Shown here: piece by piece, positions 25,192-29,876 of the stretch
Numbering within the stretch: position 1 is the first letter of the stretch
Layout: each line of letters begins with the position of its first letter
Source: a virus
Taxonomy: Duplodnaviria; Caudoviricetes
IMG/VR virus record: IMGVR_UViG_3300043256_000073
Location: 1 to 29,876 of that record
Direction: 5' to 3' (one strand)
DNA length: 29,876 nucleotides
The notes under the pieces: model-generated
What the model was told of the DNA's origin: nothing
What the model saw: the letters and a program-made list of their open reading frames with translations, nothing else
Database searches by the model: none
Translations under genes and position numbers: made by a program

Positions 25192-25279
25192 ACAATAGTC
25201 TGGCTCTGTAAACGCCCAGAGCTAAGACGGGGAGATACGTAGCTCAGGTATCAAACCATACTTAAAGGCTACTGAGTTA

Positions 25280-25322
25280 GAATAGCCTAGAGATTCTAGA
25301 GTTTCTAGGCTATTCGCTTTTT
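25280..25322 (+). terminator. Rho-independent terminator
   Basis: GAATAGCCTAGAGATT-CTAG-AGTTTCTAGGCTATTC 16 bp stem, then GC-TTTTT. Confidence 0.75.
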
Positions 25323-25554
25323 GCTTCGTGAGAGAAGTTCTTGTAAGCACTCAATCATGGGAACGTGACAGAACATAGAATAGTGAATTTATTCCAAAAG
25401 GCGAAAGTAAAGCAAAGGTGTCCACAGCAGCCCATCTAAGCACCTCCAACAGCCCGGATTGACCTGAACCGCGCCAGCTATCACTAAGACCGCTCACAGC
25501 CGATCCTAACAAGCTACAGGCACTATCCTAACCCAATCAGGAGACTCCAATACC

Positions 25555-25764
25555 ATGAAAGTCTACATCTCGCTCGGCGGCGAATTAGGATATGGCAGTC
25601 ATATCGGTGGAGTCTTTAATACTCTCGAAAAGGCTATCGCTGACATGCATTCTCAAGAAGCTAACTTTGACGGTGGATGGTGCCAAGGCAATCATCCCGA
25701 ATATCTCACCTTTGAGACAAACGAGTGTGACTGGAGAGCTGTAAAAGAATACGAGATTCAATGA
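25555..25764 (+). CDS. Hypothetical protein (MKVY...GVF.T.EKA...EYEI type)
   Basis: 69 aa, SD AGGAG. Confidence 0.75.
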   Translation: MKVYISLGGELGYGSHIGGVFNTLEKAIADMHSQEANFDGGWCQGNHPEYLTFETNECDWRAVKEYEIQ

Positions 25765-25789
25765 ACTATAGAGTAAGAAAAATCTGTAA

Positions 25790-26192
25790 TCAGTTACCAA
25801 GTCGGTTACTACAGGCACCCACCCCGTTTACTAGCCGTTCCCAAACCAATTACTTTACGTTGAGTAGCCCGTAACTCGGTTGGTTTGAGTCAGTTAGCTC
25901 CCACCCTCCCCCTCTACCCACTTCTAACCGGCACCCTTACCCATCACGCGGTGCCCCTGTCCGGTGTAGTGCCTTGTTTTATATATATATATAATATATA
26001 CTATATAGAACTACCCCCCTATAGTGTCCACTATTAAGGACATTGACAAGGGTCCGAGAGTGTGGTAGAGTATAGGGGACAGAGGGAGTCTAACAGCTAA
26101 GTGATTGATTCTAAGGCAGTTGCGATTCAGGTTCGGCCAGTAATCGAAGAGTGTTCGGCCTGGGTTTGGGTTGGCTCGGGGTCGGTAACTGA
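25790..26192. other. Putative replication origin / symmetric control region
   Basis: Non-coding, with a C-rich left arm, G-rich right arm, central AT-only run 25977-26000 and nested inverted repeats. Upstream of replication genes. Confidence 0.55.
26043..26071 (+). promoter_or_regulatory. sigma70-type promoter
   Basis: TTGACA-agggtccgagagtgtgg(17)-TAGAGT with TG extension. Confidence 0.7.
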
Positions 26193-26301
26193 ATGGGTTC
26201 GAGTCTCAAATATTTGAATAGTTATGCCAAAGATATTTATTAGGTCCAGACGTTGGTGCGGGGCATATGTGTAAATCGACTATGTGCCAATATCGCCAGT
26301 T

Positions 26302-26338
26302 CCTAACACATCTAGACGTAGATGGTTGGGCCTTTTTT
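26302..26338 (+). terminator. Terminator/attenuator hairpin
   Basis: CCTAAC-A-CATCTA-GACG-TAGATG-GTTGGG, then CC-TTTTTT. Confidence 0.6.
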
Positions 26339-26346
26339 CAATCTGA

Positions 26347-26679
26347 ATGAATATGGAAACACTAACACAAAGTTTATCAAATATCTCTCAGGCTTCACTA
26401 AATGATGCGGGAACCGTAATCGGTGCTTGTGATATCTGCAAGCGTAGCACAGTTCCAATTAAGCAATACGGATTTGGCGTAAAGAAGAAAGTTATTAATT
26501 GGGGAGATAAGCGTAATCCAATTAGTGATAACCCCGATGCGCTCTCGATTGTGATATGTGGAACTGATATGAATTTAGTTGCGCGTATTAAACGTGAACA
26601 GCCTGACTTGAAACCGCGTGAGATATATGAGTTTGCTGCTAGTTACAGAGAAGTTAATCCGATTCAGTCTGAGGGGTAA
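26347..26679 (+). CDS. Hypothetical protein with CxxC
   Basis: 110 aa, CDIC...ICGTD. No clear SD. Confidence 0.65.
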   Translation: MNMETLTQSLSNISQASLNDAGTVIGACDICKRSTVPIKQYGFGVKKKVINWGDKRNPISDNPDALSIVICGTDMNLVARIKREQPDLKPREIYEFAASYREVNPIQSEG

Positions 26680-26681
26680 TT

Positions 26682-26894
26682 ATGGAAGTCCAAACTAGGT
26701 CCGAAGAAACTGGTTTACTCATGCATAGCTCTATATCTCTAGCCTTTACTAAAGCTAAAGAAGATTCTACTATCTGGAAGATTTCATGGACTGCCCAAGA
26801 TGGTAGTAAAGTTGAATTGGTAAAACATATTCTAGGGACTCATAAACTGGCAAATCCCTGCTGGGTATATGAACCAATTATACTACCAGTATAA
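26682..26894 (+). CDS. Hypothetical protein
   Basis: 70 aa, SD GAGGGG. D.TIWKISW and WVYEP motifs. Confidence 0.7.
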   Translation: MEVQTRSEETGLLMHSSISLAFTKAKEDSTIWKISWTAQDGSKVELVKHILGTHKLANPCWVYEPIILPV

Positions 26895-26907
26895 GTATTG
26901 GAGAAGA

Positions 26908-27009
26908 ATGGCATTCAAAGAGAAATTAGAGATATTAGGAGGTAGTATTCTAATCCTAGTATTGTTTCTAGAAGTTATCATTGTCATGAGTTTATTGGCA
27001 CCGGAGTAA
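26908..27009 (+). CDS. 33 aa membrane peptide
   Basis: MAFKEKLEILGGSILILVLFLEVIIVMSLLAPE*, SD GGAG. Confidence 0.55.
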   Translation: MAFKEKLEILGGSILILVLFLEVIIVMSLLAPE

Positions 27010-27030
27010 TATCATCTGAAAGGGGGATAG

Positions 27031-27150
27031 ATGAAGCCTATAATGTGCAAATGCGGAGCCATAGCCGATCCAAAATGCGGTTACTGTGATGATTGTCTAA
27101 CTTGGATAAATAATCTAGAAAGAAAAATTAAAACCCACGCTAATGCCTGA
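27031..27150 (+). CDS. 39 aa Cys-rich zinc-finger peptide
   Basis: MKPIMCKCGAIADPKCGYCDDCLTWINNLERKIKTHANA*, SD AGGGGG. Confidence 0.6.
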   Translation: MKPIMCKCGAIADPKCGYCDDCLTWINNLERKIKTHANA

Positions 27151-27871
27151 AATCTGCGAAGGATGCGAACAGTTAGTTGTCTCTGTAGATCCTCTTCTCA
27201 AGATGTGTCCTGATTGCATGGATAAAGAAGATGAATTAGAGAAAGAGTTAGAAGCTACAGCAGATGATAGAGTAGCAGAAGCTAATACTGCTTCACTTGA
27301 AAGAGTTAATCAGGCTGTTATAGACCAATATAGAGGAGAGCCTATAAGTGATGAGCTAGTCGAACAATTAGAAATAGACCAAACTATTCAAGTAAGAGCA
27401 GACTTATTCAATGCTAATACCGTTTCTATCATAGATATGAAGCAATCTATTGAAGCTGATGATAATGTAACTGATAAACATTATGAATTAGCCAAAAAAT
27501 TAAAAGATAGATTTCTTCATCTTAGATCAGTTCTATTTGAATTAGATGAACAGAAGATCGGCATTACTAGTGAACAAAGGAGTATCCAGCAATACTTAAA
27601 TGATCTAGCTAACAAGATCAGAGAAGATAAAAGAGAAGAACTTAGACTTAGTGACATCAATTATAAGCCTGTGGCGCCATCTAAACCAAAGCGTAAGCCA
27701 AAGACACCTAAGCCTAAGTTATTTGACAAGAAAGAATTGAGACGGGTTGCAAATGAACTAGATGTAAGTGAGTTTACATTACAGATGTTATGTGTAGCTA
27801 AGAACCTTACTCCTGTTCAAGCAGCGGAGGAGTTAAAGAGGTTGAAGGGTGAATCACCAAATGGCAGTTGA
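27143..27871 (+). CDS. Zinc finger / coiled-coil / putative HTH protein
   Basis: 242 aa. CEGC...CPDC, long coiled coil, K/P linker and C-terminal ELRRVANELDVSEFTLQ helix-turn-helix-like segment. Confidence 0.75.
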   Translation: MPEICEGCEQLVVSVDPLLKMCPDCMDKEDELEKELEATADDRVAEANTASLERVNQAVIDQYRGEPISDELVEQLEIDQTIQVRADLFNANTVSIIDMKQSIEADDNVTDKHYELAKKLKDRFLHLRSVLFELDEQKIGITSEQRSIQQYLNDLANKIREDKREELRLSDINYKPVAPSKPKRKPKTPKPKLFDKKELRRVANELDVSEFTLQMLCVAKNLTPVQAAEELKRLKGESPNGS

Positions 27872-27892
27872 AACCTCACAGGAGGATGAGTC

Positions 27893-28252
27893 ATGAGCGA
27901 CTTCACGAACGGACTGCGGTCATTGGCGGAGTTCTATGATGCACGTCCAGATTTTCCAGAACCGTGCGTCCCATCTCTGACAATTCTGCTTGACACAAAG
28001 GCGGAACTCTTGGACTGTGCGAAACAGTTAGGGAATGCCAAGAAGAACGGCAGTGGGTCGTACTTTTATCTGACTCGCAACTTTGGCAGCGTGACATTGG
28101 ATGTGTATGTGTCCCGTGAAACCGTTTGCACACGCCACGTCGTCGGTCAGCAGGAAGTCACGCGCCCTGTCCAGACAAGCGAAACAGAGACAGTCATAGA
28201 AGACATTGTCGAGTGGGAGTGTCTACCCCTTCTACGCGCGTTGGATGAATAA
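27893..28252 (+). CDS. Hypothetical protein
   Basis: 119 aa, SD AGGAGG. R..VC.R.V...VEWEC.PLL motif. Locally high GC. Confidence 0.75.
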   Translation: MSDFTNGLRSLAEFYDARPDFPEPCVPSLTILLDTKAELLDCAKQLGNAKKNGSGSYFYLTRNFGSVTLDVYVSRETVCTRHVVGQQEVTRPVQTSETETVIEDIVEWECLPLLRALDE

Positions 28253-29876
28253 ATGATAACCGCACCCCCAGAATCATCCAAACGCAGAGTCACAAGATTA
28301 CAGGAAAAGTGTCCTGAATGTGGCAAAGTAGCTAAAGAGAGATTCACTCTCGAAACTAAAAATGATAAAGGTGAGACAGTCAAACTAATCACACTAGACT
28401 GTTTCCATATCATTACAGTTGTCATTCCAAAAGATACGCCATTCCATTTGTTCACTACTTATGATCATCAGGATAGTGGATGTGATCATGAATGGGATAG
28501 GAACCACTGTGTTCTATGCAATGCATACAAGTTGTTTGACTTCCAGATAGAAGGTGCGCGATTCATTGAAATGGCACTTGCGACCCATAAGGGTGCAGGT
28601 GTATTTGATGAAATGGGATTAGGTAAAACTATCCAAGTTCTAGCATATCTAGCATATCATCCAGAAGCGTTTCCAGTTCTAACCATCGTTAAGTCTGGTA
28701 TCAAGTTTCAATGGTTCAAAGAATTTATTAGGTGGCTTGGCCCAATGTATATAGCCCAAGCTATCAAGACTAGTAAAGACCCTTTACTACCAGGACTAAA
28801 TGTCTATATAGTATCTTATGATCTGCTGCGTCGGTTCGATAGGGAAAAGATAATAGCAGCAGGAATTAAGACTATCATCCTGGATGAATGTCAACAGATT
28901 AAGAATCCTGATTCAGCTAGAACACAAGAAGTTAGGCAGCTAGTAGAAGTAACAGAGAATGTTATTCCCCTATCTGGCACTCCTTGGAAGAATAGAGGGA
29001 GTGAGTTTTATCCTGTTCTGAATATGATTGACCCCAAAAGATTCTACTCCTATCAGGGATTCTTTGATGAATGGGTAGATACATACAATTATGGTGCAAG
29101 AACTAAAGTAGGTGGAATCCGCAAACCAGAGAAATTCAAAGAGTATGTATCTGATATAGTTATTAGGCGTGAACGAACAGAAGTAATGGCAGAGCTTCCA
29201 CTCATAAATCGAGTCATTCATTATACTGAACTAGATAAAGTAGAACAAGCAGCTTATAATGAAGAAGTTAGTGAGTTTGTCAAATGGTATAATGAAAAGG
29301 TTATCGGTGGAGAAGAAGAAAGTTTCGAGACTCAAAGTAGCATGTTAGCTAGACTTGCGCGAATGAGACATATCACTGGATTAGCTAAGATACCTGCTAC
29401 TGTAGAGTTTGTAACAGATCACATTAATGAAACTGGACGGAAGATAGTTGTATTTGTCCATCATAAGGATGTAGGTGTATTACTGGCTAGTGAGTTTGAG
29501 AAGCAAGGTATGGAAGTAATGAAACTCACAGCCTCACTAAGCTCAGAAGATAGATTTGTAGTTCAAGAACAATTTAATGCGCGTGAGACCTGTGTTCTCA
29601 TAGCATCCACACAAGCTAGCGGAGAAGGATTAAATCTACAGACTTGTGCAGATTGTGTAATGCATGAAAGGCAATGGAATCCAGCTAATGAAGAACAAGC
29701 GGAAGGTCGTTTCATTAGAATAGGGCAGACTGCAAGCCAAGTCAATGGAACATATATCACGGCAGCGGGAACGGTTGATGAATTCCTTGCGAGTATCGTC
29801 GAAGAAAAAAGGGCAAACTTCCATGCAGCAATGAATCAAGGCGAAGCACCTGTATGGAAACAGGGTGATATCATTG
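28253..29876 (+). CDS. SNF2-family (SWI2/SNF2, HARP-like) helicase, runs off window end
   Basis: Absent from the track because it has no stop. Hand translation gives LFDFQIEG, DEMGLGKT, IVSYD, ILDECQQIKN, LSGTPWKN, KIVVFVHH, GEGLNLQ, WNPANEEQAEGRFIRIGQ. Confidence 0.95.
   Translation, partial: MITAPPESSKRRVTRLQEKCPECGKVAKERFTLETKNDKGETVKLITLDCFHIITVVIPKDTPFHLFTTYDHQDSGCDHEWDRNHCVLCNAYKLFDFQIEGARFIEMALATHKGAGVFDEMGLGKTIQVLAYLAYHPEAFPVLTIVKSGIKFQWFKEFIRWLGPMYIAQAIKTSKDPLLPGLNVYIVSYDLLRRFDREKIIAAGIKTIILDECQQIKNPDSARTQEVRQLVEVTENVIPLSGTPWKNRGSEFYPVLNMIDPKRFYSYQGFFDEWVDTYNYGARTKVGGIRKPEKFKEYVSDIVIRRERTEVMAELPLINRVIHYTELDKVEQAAYNEEVSEFVKWYNEKVIGGEEESFETQSSMLARLARMRHITGLAKIPATVEFVTDHINETGRKIVVFVHHKDVGVLLASEFEKQGMEVMKLTASLSSEDRFVVQEQFNARETCVLIASTQASGEGLNLQTCADCVMHERQWNPANEEQAEGRFIRIGQTASQVNGTYITAAGTVDEFLASIVEEKRANFHAAMNQGEAPVWKQGDII

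Noticed and set aside
25229-25260. TAGCTCAG resembles a tRNA D-arm start
   Set aside because: No downstream T-loop or acceptor pairing. Better explained as the pseudoknot loop.
26194-26208. TGGG-TTCGAGT-CTCA resembles a tRNA T-arm
   Set aside because: No acceptor, D or anticodon stems at the required spacing.
27903-29839. Minus-strand ORFs over the 119 aa gene and helicase
   Set aside because: Antisense to genes with clear motifs.
1-29876. CRISPR array, integrase, transposase, reverse transcriptase/DGR, intein
   Set aside because: No regularly spaced repeats, catalytic motifs, adenine-variable repeat pair or intein termini were seen by eye. Subtle cases cannot be excluded without computation.

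Overview
A ~30 kb segment of a tailed dsDNA bacteriophage (Caudoviricetes), probably podovirus-like because an adaptor and a P22 gp10-type nozzle are present and no tape measure, tube or sheath gene is seen. It uses the standard genetic code and is roughly 40% GC by eye. Positions 1-23070 are one long, tightly translationally coupled minus-strand morphogenesis operon behind a perfect sigma70 promoter. In order it holds a putative TerS, a ~5 kb accessory structural/membrane block, TerL, portal, scaffold, major capsid, adaptor, a beta-helix protein, the nozzle and tail-appendage modules. Positions 23500-29876 are plus-strand early/replication genes with repeated sigma70 promoters, a boxA-like site, terminators, a mirror-symmetric origin-like region centred on an (AT)n run, and a SNF2-family helicase running off the window. 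The most unusual signals are four. (1) The nozzle appears split into three separately encoded pieces with an adhesin-like module interleaved. (2) Short C-terminal tag-like peptides precede small beta-sandwich genes, suggesting modular tag/strand-complementation assembly of appendages. (3) A TAAS-N17-GTTR motif occurs three times, two copies symmetrically flanking the origin-like AT run. (4) A promoter-driven G-rich leader RNA has competing terminator folds. All product calls come from motif reading and gene order; no database search was run.
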